From contig DATIHX010000005.1 in assembly GCA_035480235.1 (NCBI GenBank), positions 551 to 64,550 of the forward strand: a stretch of DNA of 64,000 bases, read 5' to 3'. The position numbers and the translations under genes are program-made. The DNA is from Candidatus Saccharimonadales bacterium. Its GTDB lineage: Bacteria > Patescibacteriota > UBA1384 > 2-12-FULL-50-11. This document shows, one piece after another, positions 8,904 to 18,957 of this stretch (position 1 is its first letter; every line of letters begins with the position of its first letter). The notes under the pieces were generated by a model, which did not search any database, was not told where the DNA came from, and saw only the letters and a program-made list of their open reading frames with translations.

Positions 8904-8932
8904 TGGAAATGTTCCTCAATTTCCGCTACTAT
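8904..8932 (+). promoter_or_regulatory. promoter-like TGGAAA-17-TACTAT
   Basis: Upstream of ORF 8969-9334. Confidence 0.4.
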
Positions 8933-8968
8933 ACAACCAGCGAAATTGTCGCGGAGGTACTTTTATTT

Positions 8969-9334
8969 ATGGCTATTAGTTCAAAAGACTTAGAAGTTGC
9001 TGCTGGGAATTGCCTACCGGAGCCAACTCCGGAAGCCGCGGCTGCTTTCCGAGCAGCGTTAGTTGGGAGGGGTAATCGACTCCTTGAAGGCAGTAACGCC
9101 GGTAGAACGATTGAGCTTTGTATCAGAGCGTCTGTTGCGATATCTGAAACTTCTCTCTGCCCGGAAGCAACCAACTTTTTACACATTCAGTTGCGTGGTC
9201 GAGAAAATGTTGAACTGCGATCGAAAATGCTTCAGTGGGTGGTTCAAGACGCTGAAGAACCGCCCGGCTATCGCGTTAACCTCACAGAAAATAGCCGATC
9301 GGCAGCGAGACTGCCCGACCGCGTTTCCTCCTAA
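8969..9334 (+). CDS. hypothetical protein (orphan cassette)
   Basis: ORF track 8903..9334; ATG 8969 follows GGAGG (8953-8957); promoter-like TGGAAA-17-TACTAT at 8904-8932 and hairpin terminator 9341-9364; no family recognised; start uncertain (ATG 8909 possible). Confidence 0.45.
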   Translation: MAISSKDLEVAAGNCLPEPTPEAAAAFRAALVGRGNRLLEGSNAGRTIELCIRASVAISETSLCPEATNFLHIQLRGRENVELRSKMLQWVVQDAEEPPGYRVNLTENSRSAARLPDRVSS

Positions 9335-9340
9335 TAACTT

Positions 9341-9364
9341 TCCCGCCTTTGGCGGGATTTCTTT
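9341..9364 (+). terminator. intrinsic terminator-like hairpin
   Basis: tcccgcc ttt ggcggga followed by tttcttt. Confidence 0.6.
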
Positions 9365-10643
9365 AATTGCCGCTGCGGGTATAAATTTTGGCGGCGGCCG
9401 TGAAAGCTGCAACTTGAGTAGGGGTTTGGCCTGGGAAAACTTCAACCTTGAGCGTGTTAGCATCGGTTAATTGGAGTAGGGCGGTGGCCTGTGAAACACC
9501 ATTAGTCGGCATGGTAACGGGGCCGGTTGGTGTACTCATTTGATTCCATTGTTGGCCGTTAGCGTATTGATACTGGCCGCCTTGCAACAGTTCGTACTTA
9601 ACCATGCCCGTGTCAACGCCGATGGTGGCCGGATCGGTGACTAGCGGCTTGATGATGAATTGCTTGGCATCCCCGCCGTTGTAGGCGCCCACCGAGAACC
9701 CCCAAACCGTTGGGTCGATCCAGTCTGGCGTGATTGCTAAATGACCGGCCCAGTAGCTCCCGCTTGGCGGCTTAGTTGGATCGTTATAGCCGCCGCTGCC
9801 TTTGAGAAACCACGAACCAATCAACTTACCAGCCACGTCGTAAGCATAGTAGCCGTCACGCGGTTCGGCTTGACGAGCATAGAACGGCAAAATACTGGTT
9901 TTAACAGCCGCCGAAAAGTAATCGAGCGGCGCGACAGTATGGATTTTCCAGGCTTCGCCGGCGTAGGCCGCTGGCACTAGAAGCTTCGGGTTATTTTTGG
10001 TCATATCCCAGACGGCGAAATCGAGCGACTGGCCGCCCATTTTGGCAATCGCTTGGCCAGCTTTGACCGGAATATTAATATCGGTGTTACCGTTACTGCC
10101 GTGGCCGTTTTGCTCCCAACCCTTGGGCAATTGGGCCTCGATATCCGGCGCCAAAGAAGTCGCTAAATCGAAGTAACTCATAAAGGTACAAGTGTAACTA
10201 ATTGTTACTCGGTAGTCGCCAGCCACGCCGTTGCGGGCGGCATCGTTAGCGCTGTGCGGCCGATACTCGATATCAGCCAAAGTACCGTCGGCTAGCGCCA
10301 GTACATCGCTCGAGTCTTTGACGTTATTTTTGGCCCAGTAGTATTCGTGATCAACGGGGGTGACATGGCCACCGACCGTCAAGCCGTACGGATCGATAAT
10401 ACTGATGTCGGCTGGCTTCATCGGAGCGTAGTTTAGCGCCACAGTGCCAGTGCCCGAACAGTGGTTAGCTGTGAGTTGCTTGCCGGCGGCCACCGCTACT
10501 GAATCTGTTGCGGCAACACTGGCCGGTTGAGGTGAGGTTGAAATTGTTGGGTGTTTAGCGTTTTGACGAGCAACAACAGCGACTATCCCCCCGCCCACTG
10601 CCACAACAACGATCAGCCAAACCCACCACTTTTTCCACCACAT
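9363..10643 (-). CDS. hypothetical membrane-anchored extracytoplasmic protein
   Basis: ORF track 426 aa; N-terminal hydrophobic anchor WWVWLIVVVAVGGGIVAVVA; no family recognised. Confidence 0.65.
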   Translation of the reverse strand: MWWKKWWVWLIVVVAVGGGIVAVVARQNAKHPTISTSPQPASVAATDSVAVAAGKQLTANHCSGTGTVALNYAPMKPADISIIDPYGLTVGGHVTPVDHEYYWAKNNVKDSSDVLALADGTLADIEYRPHSANDAARNGVAGDYRVTISYTCTFMSYFDLATSLAPDIEAQLPKGWEQNGHGSNGNTDINIPVKAGQAIAKMGGQSLDFAVWDMTKNNPKLLVPAAYAGEAWKIHTVAPLDYFSAAVKTSILPFYARQAEPRDGYYAYDVAGKLIGSWFLKGSGGYNDPTKPPSGSYWAGHLAITPDWIDPTVWGFSVGAYNGGDAKQFIIKPLVTDPATIGVDTGMVKYELLQGGQYQYANGQQWNQMSTPTGPVTMPTNGVSQATALLQLTDANTLKVEVFPGQTPTQVAAFTAAAKIYTRSGN

Positions 10644-10681
10644 AGTTTTATGCTGAAGGAAAGTAGAAGGCTGTCAAATAT

Positions 10682-12412
10682 TCAAAGAAATAACCGAACC
10701 GTGCGGATCTCGTCGAAACTATACTCGTTACCCAGGCGTTCACGGGCTTGGGACAAAAACATCTGACCTTCTTTGGCTTTGACGGCCAGCAGTGCCGTTT
10801 TAATCGGTTGGAAACGGTCGGTTTTTGGTTTAAATTTAGCCAAGTCAACCGCCGGCACAATTTTGCCGTCTTCAACGAGTTTTTCCAGATGGCCGATGAT
10901 GGTGCCGAATGTCATACCGCGGTGTTTGGCGATGCCGGAGGGCGTCATTTTTTGGTCGATGAGTAACTCACGAGTAATTTCTTGGGTGGGGATTTTTGGC
11001 ACAGCTTTGGCTGGTTCGGCGCCCGGTCCCCCACCGCAAGCTTTCACAAAATTGGCTTGACGTTTAATTAAAACTGTTGGGTCGAGCGATTGAAGCTGGC
11101 GAACGGCGGTCATCGAGGCTTCACGGAACTTGGCGTCCTCAGCCGAGACTTCCGGGTGAACTTCCAGCGCCCGTTCGTTAAAACCGAGTAAATAGAGGCC
11201 GTCGAGGGTCCGGACTCTGGAGAGCGCCACGTAACCTTGGCCAAATTCGAAGGCTTGGCGCAGGTCCATGACAGCGGCATCCAGCGACATCCCTTGGCTT
11301 TTGTGAACGGTAATCGCCCAGGCTAACCGGAGCGGGAATTGACTGATAGCGGCCAGGACTTTGCCGCCGTCGTCAATCGCCCATTCGGCCGGTTCAGCCA
11401 CAATCACTTTACCGCCGCGGGTTTTAATAATCGGCCAGCTATTGGCTCTGTTAAAGCCGATAATCTCGCCCAAAGTGCCGTTGACGTATTGACGCTCCTG
11501 ATGGTTCTTTGTGAACATTACTTTAGCCCCGACTTTAAGAGTTAAAGTCTCAGGCGAGAGGCAGTTGCGTTTGAGGCTATCGATCAACGGTGGCGCGCCG
11601 CGGCTATTCATAGCAAACGATTTGGAAATAGTTGTTAATTTGCCAAGTTCGGTTTCGTTGAGCTGATCAACATTAGCGTTGTGCGGGAACAATTTAGTGA
11701 CAGTGGCGGCCGGCAGGGCGGTGACAATCCGAGCCGTAAACGTGGCGCGAGCTTCGTTAGTTAATTCATTCCGGCGAATAGCGTTGAGGGCACCGAGAAA
11801 AGCCAAGTCGTCTTGACGGTGCTGCTCCAGCAAGTAACAAACGGTGGGGTCGAGCTCCTTCCAGGCCGGCGAAGCGAAGGCGAAAAGGCTGGTGACTTCG
11901 TCGCCAAAGAGGCTTTGTTCCGTTGATTCCTGAGATTGCACCGGCCGGCGAGTGACCGGTGGCAGCTGGAAGAAATCGCCGACTAAAACCACCTGCAAAC
12001 CGCCGAACGGTTGGTTGCCTTGAGTAGAACCGGGCACCTTGGAGGTGCGAACGGCCCGGCAAACCCGTTCTACCGTGGTGAAAGTTTCAGCTGAGAGCAT
12101 AGAAATTTCGTCGATAATTAAGACCTTGGTTTTTTTGATACGGTTAGCAACGCGGCTGTTGGTTACGATATTGGCCAGTTCAGATTTGGTAAGGGTACTT
12201 TTAATGCCGATACCGCTCCAGGAGTGAATGGTCAGCCCGCCGATGTGGGTGGCGGCGATGCCGGTGGAAGCGGTGATCGCCGGTTCGACACCGTTGGAAC
12301 GTAAATATTTGACGTATTCGTTAATAGTATACGTCTTGCCGCTGCCCGGTTCACCCGTTAAAAAGACGTTGTTGCCAGTTTTCAAGATTTCTAAGGCTTC
12401 TTTTTGGGTCAT
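10682..12412 (-). CDS. PIF1/RecD-like superfamily-1 DNA helicase with C-terminal helix-turn-helix
   Basis: ORF track 576 aa; Walker A GEPGSGKTY, Walker B LIIDEISM, VGDFFQLPPV and TVHKSQG motifs typical of the PIF1/RecD clade; C-terminal HTH-like segment (MTPSGIAKHRGMTFGTIIGHLEKL). Confidence 0.8.
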   Translation of the reverse strand: MTQKEALEILKTGNNVFLTGEPGSGKTYTINEYVKYLRSNGVEPAITASTGIAATHIGGLTIHSWSGIGIKSTLTKSELANIVTNSRVANRIKKTKVLIIDEISMLSAETFTTVERVCRAVRTSKVPGSTQGNQPFGGLQVVLVGDFFQLPPVTRRPVQSQESTEQSLFGDEVTSLFAFASPAWKELDPTVCYLLEQHRQDDLAFLGALNAIRRNELTNEARATFTARIVTALPAATVTKLFPHNANVDQLNETELGKLTTISKSFAMNSRGAPPLIDSLKRNCLSPETLTLKVGAKVMFTKNHQERQYVNGTLGEIIGFNRANSWPIIKTRGGKVIVAEPAEWAIDDGGKVLAAISQFPLRLAWAITVHKSQGMSLDAAVMDLRQAFEFGQGYVALSRVRTLDGLYLLGFNERALEVHPEVSAEDAKFREASMTAVRQLQSLDPTVLIKRQANFVKACGGGPGAEPAKAVPKIPTQEITRELLIDQKMTPSGIAKHRGMTFGTIIGHLEKLVEDGKIVPAVDLAKFKPKTDRFQPIKTALLAVKAKEGQMFLSQARERLGNEYSFDEIRTVRLFL

Positions 12413-12555
12413 GCATAGCCGAGCGTAGCAATAATTTCTTGTTCGGGAAACTTTCGGCTTACTGAAAATTTACGATGAGTCCTGGAATTTCATCCAAAAC
12501 TTGATTATACTTTCTTCACTGCGCAAGCAGAATTTCCTGAAGAGGCACTTTAACA

Positions 12556-13191
12556 ATGAACGAAATTAGAATTTTTCCTGCGAATGACGGTTCTCTAGGA
12601 CTTCCCTCCTCACAATCTTTGGCTGCTTTGACTCGCGAAGGTCAATTGATATTTCCAATGACTACTCACAGCCTCGAGCAATCGATCGCTACATTCGCCC
12701 TACTGCCCGATGATTTTGAACTTCGTCTGGAAAGTGGACACTTTATTTCCACGGGCAATCTCCGGCGACAACTCCGTGACGCTCAGAGGCGTGAACTGGG
12801 AAGCAACATTTTCGGCTACACTGGCAATATTCTCTATATGGATGCTGGGCCCAACGGCGACGAAAAAGCGGAAATTTGGCCATTCCTCCGCTTATCGTTT
12901 GATTACGGCGTTCAGGTGGTGGTGCAATCCATGTTTGAGCGAAATTACTATCCTTACCGAATTCAGCTGAGATCGGTGGAAGTTGAGGGCAAAACCCTCA
13001 AAATCAAACTCCAATGTTGCACTCCCTTAGGGAATTGCGAGCTAATTCTCACCACCTATCCTGATATCTACCCACATCGGATTCGCGAAGCAGTCCGTAG
13101 TTACGCTTCACCGAGCGTGACATTTGGGACACAGCAATTCACCTTTTCTCCAGATGGTAATCGGCTCAGCTGCGAGCAGGTTCCTCGATAG
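12556..13191 (+). CDS. hypothetical protein (orphan cassette)
   Basis: ORF track 211 aa; followed by clean terminator 13199-13221; weak SD; no family recognised. Confidence 0.5.
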   Translation: MNEIRIFPANDGSLGLPSSQSLAALTREGQLIFPMTTHSLEQSIATFALLPDDFELRLESGHFISTGNLRRQLRDAQRRELGSNIFGYTGNILYMDAGPNGDEKAEIWPFLRLSFDYGVQVVVQSMFERNYYPYRIQLRSVEVEGKTLKIKLQCCTPLGNCELILTTYPDIYPHRIREAVRSYASPSVTFGTQQFTFSPDGNRLSCEQVPR

Positions 13192-13198
13192 CATTTTC

Positions 13199-13221
13199 TC
13201 CGCCGCAAGGCGGATTTTTTT
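13199..13221 (+). terminator. intrinsic terminator
   Basis: tccgcc gcaa ggcgga + T7. Confidence 0.75.
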
Positions 13222-13294
13222 ATCTTTTCCTGGGTTATTACAAAAAGTCCAAGCTTTCACCTGGAACTTTTTGTGCTTAACTTGAGAGTTCTTG

Positions 13295-13630
13295 TTACGT
13301 CTTGATTTCAATATCCACACCAGCTGGCAGATCGAGGTTCATCAACGCATCCAAGGTTTTAGGATTTGGGTCTAAAACATCGATGATTCGTTTGTGAACG
13401 CGGATTTCGAACTGTTCGCGGGCGTCTTTGTGGACGAACGTCGAACGGTTAACGGTGACCAAACTCTTCTCGGTTGGCAGCGGGATCGGGCCGGCGGTGA
13501 CGGCGCCAGTTCGCTCAGCGGCTTCCATGATTTTCTTAGCGCTTCGGTCGATCACTCGGTAATCGTAGGCTTTCAGCTTGATGCGGATGATCTGTTTAGC
13601 AGTGTCACGAGCGGTTTTTGGTGTGGCCAT
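13295..13630 (-). CDS. rpsJ: 30S ribosomal protein S10
   Basis: ORF track; IRIKLKAYD...GPIPLPT motif; follows tuf. Confidence 0.92.
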   Translation of the reverse strand: MATPKTARDTAKQIIRIKLKAYDYRVIDRSAKKIMEAAERTGAVTAGPIPLPTEKSLVTVNRSTFVHKDAREQFEIRVHKRIIDVLDPNPKTLDALMNLDLPAGVDIEIKT

Positions 13631-13684
13631 TCAATTAGTTTTCAATTTTCAGTTATCAGTTTTCAAGTAAGGTGCAAATACTGA
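13631..13684. repeat. AT-rich spacer tuf-rpsJ with 4 x 7-nt phased words
   Basis: agttttc aattttc agttatc agttttc at 13637-13664; no SD before rpsJ. Confidence 0.75.
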
Positions 13685-14866
13685 TTACTTGATGATCTTT
13701 GTTACCACACCGGCGCCGACGGTCTTGCCGCCTTCGCGGATAGCGAAGCGGAGTTTCTCTTCCATGGCGATCGGCTGAATCAAAGTGACTTTGAAGGTGG
13801 TGGTATCGCCTGGGACGACCATTTCTTGGCCTTCCGGCAGAATAACTTCACCGGTCACGTCCGTGGTGCGGAAGTAGAACTGCGGTTTGTAACCCTTAGC
13901 AAACGGGGTGTGGCGGCCGCCTTCTTCTTTTTTAAGGATGTAGCACTCGGCTTCAAACTCGGTGTGTGGGGTAACCGAACCTGGTTTGGCCAAGACTTGG
14001 CCGCGTTCGACGTCGGCGCGCTCTAAACCACGAACTAGCAAACCAACGTTGTCGCCGGCTTGGCCTTCGTTTAAGAGTTTGCGGAACATCTCCACGCCCG
14101 TCACGACGGTTTTAGCGGTGGCTTTCAGGCCAACAACTTCCACGTCGTCGCCAACTTTAACCATACCGCGCTCGATTCGGCCGGTTACAACGGTGCCGCG
14201 GCCTTTGATAGAGAAGACATCTTCAACCGGCATCAAGAACGGTTTGTCGGTTTCGCGAACTGGGTCTGGGACGTAGGTGTCCAGGGCGTTAATGAGTTCG
14301 TGAATCGATTTCTCGGCTTCGGCGTCGCCTTCCAATGCTTTTAGGGCCGAGCCTTTGATGATCGGGGTGTCTTTGCCTGGGTAATCGTTTTTGGTTAGAA
14401 GATCGCGGACCTCTTCTTCAACGAGCTCAAGCAGCTCTGGGTCGGAAACTTGGTCGCATTTGTTCAAATAAACCACGATGTACGGCACGCCAACCTGTTT
14501 GGCCAGCAAGATGTGTTCGCGGGTTTGCGGCATCGGGCCATCTGGAGCAGAAACAACCAGGATAGCAGCGTCCATTTGGGCGGCGCCGGTAATCATGTTC
14601 TTCACGTAGTCGGCGTGGCCCGGGCAGTCGACGTGAGCGTAGTGGCGCTTGTCGGATTCGTACTCAACGTGATAGGTGGCGATGGTGATACCGCGCTGTT
14701 TTTCTTCTGGGGCGTTATCGATCTGGTCGACGGCGCGCTTTTCGGCGTGACCGTCCTTCGCCAACACGTTGGTGATGGCGGCAGTCAGGGTAGTTTTACC
14801 GTGGTCGACGTGGCCGATTGTGCCAACGTTAACGTGCGGTTTGTTGCGTTCAAATGTTGCTGCCAT
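13685..14866 (-). CDS. tuf: elongation factor Tu
   Basis: ORF track 393 aa; [18 protein letters not shown] motifs. Confidence 0.97.
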   Translation of the reverse strand: MAATFERNKPHVNVGTIGHVDHGKTTLTAAITNVLAKDGHAEKRAVDQIDNAPEEKQRGITIATYHVEYESDKRHYAHVDCPGHADYVKNMITGAAQMDAAILVVSAPDGPMPQTREHILLAKQVGVPYIVVYLNKCDQVSDPELLELVEEEVRDLLTKNDYPGKDTPIIKGSALKALEGDAEAEKSIHELINALDTYVPDPVRETDKPFLMPVEDVFSIKGRGTVVTGRIERGMVKVGDDVEVVGLKATAKTVVTGVEMFRKLLNEGQAGDNVGLLVRGLERADVERGQVLAKPGSVTPHTEFEAECYILKKEEGGRHTPFAKGYKPQFYFRTTDVTGEVILPEGQEMVVPGDTTTFKVTLIQPIAMEEKLRFAIREGGKTVGAGVVTKIIK

Positions 14867-14919
14867 GAATCTCCTTTGTTATTTTTATTTCCCTATGCGG
14901 GCTTTATTTACTTGTAATT

Positions 14920-14948
14920 ATTGTAACAGAATTTGAGTTCAATTGTAA
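14920..14948 (-). promoter_or_regulatory. promoter-like TTACAA-17-TACAAT upstream of tuf
   Basis: Read on the minus strand; AAAGGAGA SD follows. Confidence 0.5.
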
Positions 14949-14987
14949 CTGGTTTGGTGCAATGGCGTCAACCCCGAGACAGGTGGG

Positions 14988-15016
14988 TTGAAATTTTAAG
15001 CTAAAAATGCGATAAT
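14988..15016 (+). promoter_or_regulatory. promoter-like TTGAAA-17-GATAAT
   Basis: Upstream of ORF 15044-15559. Confidence 0.55.
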
Positions 15017-15043
15017 TTCGCTAGATTGTTTCGGGAGGAACAA

Positions 15044-15559
15044 ATGCAACTTGAGAATCAGGTTAATAACTTCGTTCTTGGCGTTAAAAGGGTAGAAAAG
15101 GCTCTAGTGTCTCGGCAGAATCATCCGGGATCCGCCAGATCTCAAAGATATCTTTTCGTTAGCTTGTTGCGTCTCAGAAACGTCTTTATGGGAAGAAACC
15201 CTGGACCGCTGAAAATAAGAAATACGCGTTCTTTCGTTATGGCCCTAGGCATCCCGTGGGATAATTGGACACCGGAGAAAGCGAGCATCAGCATGGATGA
15301 TATTACAAGACTAACGTCCTTTGACGTACGTCTGATGACCTTTGCCAAATTTGGGAAAGAGGGAGTATTCGATATTCTGTTCAGCCAAATTGGCGCGCAG
15401 TGGCCGTCCTTTTGTAATGACTATGGCGATCTAAATGAAATTGCCAGAATGACATTTCTCTGGCGAGTTCGAGAGGCTTGCAATCTGCCGCTGATTTCGT
15501 CTGATTATGAGTGGTTACTTGAACGATTCAACGCAATCAATAATCTTGGTCCGGGGTAA
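15044..15559 (+). CDS. hypothetical protein (orphan cassette between tuf and fusA)
   Basis: ORF track 15026..15559 (TTG); ATG 15044 sits 5 nt after GGAGG; promoter TTGAAA-17-GATAAT 14988-15016; terminator 15551-15571. Confidence 0.55.
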   Translation: MQLENQVNNFVLGVKRVEKALVSRQNHPGSARSQRYLFVSLLRLRNVFMGRNPGPLKIRNTRSFVMALGIPWDNWTPEKASISMDDITRLTSFDVRLMTFAKFGKEGVFDILFSQIGAQWPSFCNDYGDLNEIARMTFLWRVREACNLPLISSDYEWLLERFNAINNLGPG

Positions 15560-15571
15560 CCCGGGCTTTTT
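15551..15571 (+). terminator. intrinsic terminator
   Basis: ccggg gtaa cccgg, then gc + T5; the stop codon lies in the loop. Confidence 0.6.
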
Positions 15572-15620
15572 AGTTCTTAGCGTTTTTGCAGATTTTACGA
15601 AGCCCGCGGAGTAAAACGGG

Positions 15621-17708
15621 TTAGGAGGCCCTAGCCGACTTCCCGATAATTGTCTCGGCAATCGAGCGCGGGACGTCTTCGTAGTGATCAAATTCCATCG
15701 TATAAGAGGAGCGGCCTTGGCTCATGCCCCGCAGATCGGTGATGTAGCCGAACATTTCGCTCAAGGGCACCATCGCATCGATAACTTTGGAGTTGCCGCG
15801 TTCGTCGGTACCCATCACTCGGCCGCGGCGGGAGTTCAAGTCACCAACAACGTTACCGAAGAATTCGTCCGGCGAGATGACTTCTACTTTCATGATCGGT
15901 TCCAAAATAACCGGCCCAGCGTTTTTAACGCCATCGCGCATCGCCATGGTGGCGGCGATTTGGAAGGCGATGTCCGAGGAGTCGACGTCGTGGTACGAAC
16001 CGTCATAAACGGTGACTTTGACGTCAACTAATGGGTAGCCGGCGATAACACCCTTGGATACGGAGTCTTTGACGCCTTTTTCCACCGACGGAATAAACTC
16101 GCGTGGGATAGTTCCGCCGAAGATTTTATTCACAAATTCAAAGCCTTTACCGCGTTCTTGCGGTTCGATCTCCAACCAAACGTGACCGTACTGGCCTCGG
16201 CCGCCGGATTGTTTGATGTATTTACCCTCTTGTTTGACGGTTTTGGTGATCGCTTCTTTGTAAGCGACCTGTGGCTGGCCCTTGGTAGCTTCAACGCCGA
16301 ATTCGCGCTTCATCCGATCGACGATAATATCCAGGTGAAGCTCGCCCATGCCCTCGATAAGAGTTTGGTTGGTGGTGTCGTCTTGGCTGAGACGCAAAGT
16401 TGGGTCTTCAGCCGCCAAACGTTGCAGAGCGGCGCCCATCTTTTCTTGGTCGGCTTTGGTTTTTGGCTCGATCGACATTTTTAGCACCGGCTCAGGAACG
16501 GAAATCCGCTCGAGAATAATCGGCGAAGATTCCACACACAGCGTGTCACCGGTCGTGGTATTTTTCAGGCCGACGGCAGCAGCGATTTCGCCGGTGTAAA
16601 CTTCTGTGACGTCTTCGCGGGAGTTAGCGTGCAGCCGAACGATCCGGCCGACGCGTTCTTTGTCGCCCTTCGAACTATTTAAAACGTACGAGCCAGCGGC
16701 CAGTTTACCAGCGTAGACGCGGAAGAAGGTTAATGAGCCGACAAACGGGTCGGTGGCAACTTTGAAGGCCAGGGCCGTAAACGGCTCGGAGTCGTCAATT
16801 TTTCGGACGATTTCTTTTTCTGGGTCTTTTGGGTCGGTGCCGACGACCGGCGGTTTTTCCAGTGGTGACGGCAAATAATCAACCACGGCGTCAAGCATCG
16901 GCTGAACGCCTTTATTTTTGAGGGCCGAGCCGGCCAGAACTGGGAAAATTTCGACGGCAATGACGGCTTTGCGAAGGGCTTTTTTCAAGTCTTCGATCGG
17001 CAGCTCTTCGCCGGCAAAGTATTTTTCGAGCAAGGCTTCGTCAGTTTCGGCGATTTGTTCGATCAGTTTATTGCGGTACTTCTCCACGTCTTCTTTCATA
17101 TCGGCCGGGACGTCTTCTTCCACCGCTTCTTTGCCGAGATCGTCAGAATGCCAAACGATCGCTTTATTTTTCAGTAAATCGACGACGCCCTTGAGGTTTT
17201 CTTCGGTGCCGATCGGTAACTGCATCACCGCGACTTTGGCACCCAAGCGGTCTTGGATGGTTTTAACGACGTATTTGAAATCGGCGCCGATGCGGTCGAG
17301 CTTATTCACAAAACAAATCCGGGGGACTTTATATTTGTCGGCTTGGCGCCAGACCGTTTCGCTTTGCGCTTCAACGCCGGCGACGCCGTCAAAAACGGTG
17401 ACCGCACCGTCGAGAACCCGTAACGACCGTTGGACTTCAATGGTAAAGTCGATGTGGCCGGGGGTGTCGATAATGTTGATGGTGTGATCGGCCCAGAAAC
17501 AAGTGGTAGCGGCGGCGGTAATGGTAATCCCCCGCTCTTTTTCCTGCTCCATCCAGTCCATCGTGGCGGCGCCTTCGTGCACTTCGCCGATTTTGTAGTT
17601 TTTGCCGGTGTAGTACAAAATCCGTTCGGAAACGGTGGTTTTACCAGCGTCGATGTGGGCAATAATACCAATATTTCTCACTCTTTCGAGTGGGTATTCA
17701 CGAGCCAT
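15621..17708 (-). CDS. fusA: elongation factor G
   Basis: ORF track 695 aa; [18 protein letters not shown] motifs. Confidence 0.97.
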   Translation of the reverse strand: MAREYPLERVRNIGIIAHIDAGKTTVSERILYYTGKNYKIGEVHEGAATMDWMEQEKERGITITAAATTCFWADHTINIIDTPGHIDFTIEVQRSLRVLDGAVTVFDGVAGVEAQSETVWRQADKYKVPRICFVNKLDRIGADFKYVVKTIQDRLGAKVAVMQLPIGTEENLKGVVDLLKNKAIVWHSDDLGKEAVEEDVPADMKEDVEKYRNKLIEQIAETDEALLEKYFAGEELPIEDLKKALRKAVIAVEIFPVLAGSALKNKGVQPMLDAVVDYLPSPLEKPPVVGTDPKDPEKEIVRKIDDSEPFTALAFKVATDPFVGSLTFFRVYAGKLAAGSYVLNSSKGDKERVGRIVRLHANSREDVTEVYTGEIAAAVGLKNTTTGDTLCVESSPIILERISVPEPVLKMSIEPKTKADQEKMGAALQRLAAEDPTLRLSQDDTTNQTLIEGMGELHLDIIVDRMKREFGVEATKGQPQVAYKEAITKTVKQEGKYIKQSGGRGQYGHVWLEIEPQERGKGFEFVNKIFGGTIPREFIPSVEKGVKDSVSKGVIAGYPLVDVKVTVYDGSYHDVDSSDIAFQIAATMAMRDGVKNAGPVILEPIMKVEVISPDEFFGNVVGDLNSRRGRVMGTDERGNSKVIDAMVPLSEMFGYITDLRGMSQGRSSYTMEFDHYEDVPRSIAETIIGKSARAS

Positions 17709-17889
17709 TTTTCTTTAATAAAAAGATAATTAATGGCACTGCAATGGCTAAGGTTACTATTGCAATCACAATAGACCCGACACTAAGTCCAGCAAAAGCG
17801 ACTGACATTTGAAATAGTAATATTCCAACGAATAATTCTACAATAACGACAATACTAACTAACAACTTAAAGATTCCAGGGACTTTCAT
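17698..17889 (-). CDS. putative small two-helix membrane protein between rpsG and fusA
   Basis: ORF track 17698..17913; ATG 17887-17889 lies 1 nt after the rpsG stop, and the stop overlaps the fusA start by 11 nt; two hydrophobic stretches; AT-rich, so an open frame by chance is possible. Confidence 0.4.
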   Translation of the reverse strand: MKVPGIFKLLVSIVVIVELFVGILLFQMSVAFAGLSVGSIVIAIVTLAIAVPLIIFLLKKNGS

Positions 17890-17890
17890 C

Positions 17891-18364
17891 TTAGTATCTC
17901 GCGAAGTGAGCAAAAGCCCGGTTGGCTTCGGCCATTTTGTGCAGATCTTCGCGTTTTTTCATAACAGTGCCGGTGTTATCGAGAATATTTTTCATCTCGG
18001 TATACAGCTTGGCTTCCATCGGCTGGCCTTTAGCGTTACGGCAGGCATCCAGCAGCCAGCGCATAACAAGCAAGGTTTTGCGGCTGGGGCGGACTTCCAT
18101 CGGCACTTGGTAAGTAGCACCACCAACTCGGCGGGAACGAACTTCCAATATGGGCGAGGCTTTTTCGATAATTTCACGAATCAGCTGCGGTACTTCGACG
18201 TTGCGTTCTTTGGCCAATTTTTCAGCGGCAGTGTAAACAATTGCTTGAGCGGTCGATTTCTTGCCGTCCCACATCACTTTATTGATGAGTTTACTCACGA
18301 GCGGGTCCTGAAACTTCGGCTCTAGCACTAGAGTCGGTTTTTTAAAGTTAGAACGACCACGCAT
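17891..18364 (-). CDS. rpsG: 30S ribosomal protein S7
   Basis: ORF track 157 aa; S7-like sequence, str operon position. Confidence 0.93.
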   Translation of the reverse strand: MRGRSNFKKPTLVLEPKFQDPLVSKLINKVMWDGKKSTAQAIVYTAAEKLAKERNVEVPQLIREIIEKASPILEVRSRRVGGATYQVPMEVRPSRKTLLVMRWLLDACRNAKGQPMEAKLYTEMKNILDNTGTVMKKREDLHKMAEANRAFAHFARY

Positions 18365-18459
18365 TAGACTGCGCTCCCGCTCGAATTACTGAATTTTCGA
18401 ATTACTGAATTACTGAATTGATTTAGTAATTTAGTAATTAAGTTATTTAGTAATTCCAT
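18365..18459. repeat. AT-rich spacer rpsL-rpsG built from nine phased 8-nt words
   Basis: 18383-18454: gaattact-type x5 then ttagtaat-type x4; the two halves are imperfect reverse complements. Confidence 0.85.
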
Positions 18460-18876
18460 TTACTTGCCTTTCTTAGTCCCATATTTGGAACGGCCTTGTT
18501 TGCGGTTTTCCACGCCCTCAGCGTTCAAAACGCCGCGAACGATGTGATATTTGACACCTGGCAGGTCTTTGACCCGACCGCCGCGAATAATCACCAACGA
18601 GTGCTCTTGAAGGTTATGTTTGATGCCTGGGATGTATGCCGTTACTTCTTGGCCGCTGGTCAACCGCACCCGAGCAATTTTCCGCAAGGCCGAGTTCGGC
18701 TTTTTCGGCGTCATAGTGGTGACTTTAGTGCAGACGCCACGCATAAATGGCCGACCTTTTGGGTAATCGACGGGCCGGTTCTTGAGTGTATTGATGCCCT
18801 TATGCAGCGCTGGCGACTTGGATTTCGCTTTAGTTCGAGTTCGGCTGTGCTTAATTAGCTGATTAATGGTTGGCAT
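18460..18876 (-). CDS. rpsL: 30S ribosomal protein S12
   Basis: ORF track; MPTINQLI..., [10 protein letters not shown] motif. Confidence 0.96.
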   Translation of the reverse strand: MPTINQLIKHSRTRTKAKSKSPALHKGINTLKNRPVDYPKGRPFMRGVCTKVTTMTPKKPNSALRKIARVRLTSGQEVTAYIPGIKHNLQEHSLVIIRGGRVKDLPGVKYHIVRGVLNAEGVENRKQGRSKYGTKKGK

Positions 18877-18957
18877 TAATTAGTTAATCTCCTTTAGGCC
18901 GGTCAATTGGTTGATCGTAGGCATTAGGTCTAATTCTACCGGGTTCTCGTGTTAATC

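Noticed and set aside
9063-9470. Overlapping ORFs 9063-9470 (+), 8929-9186 (-) and 9179-9463 (-).
   Set aside because: They compete with the 8969-9334 ORF, which has the promoter, SD and terminator context, and they run into the 3' end of the 426-aa gene. Nothing independent supports them.
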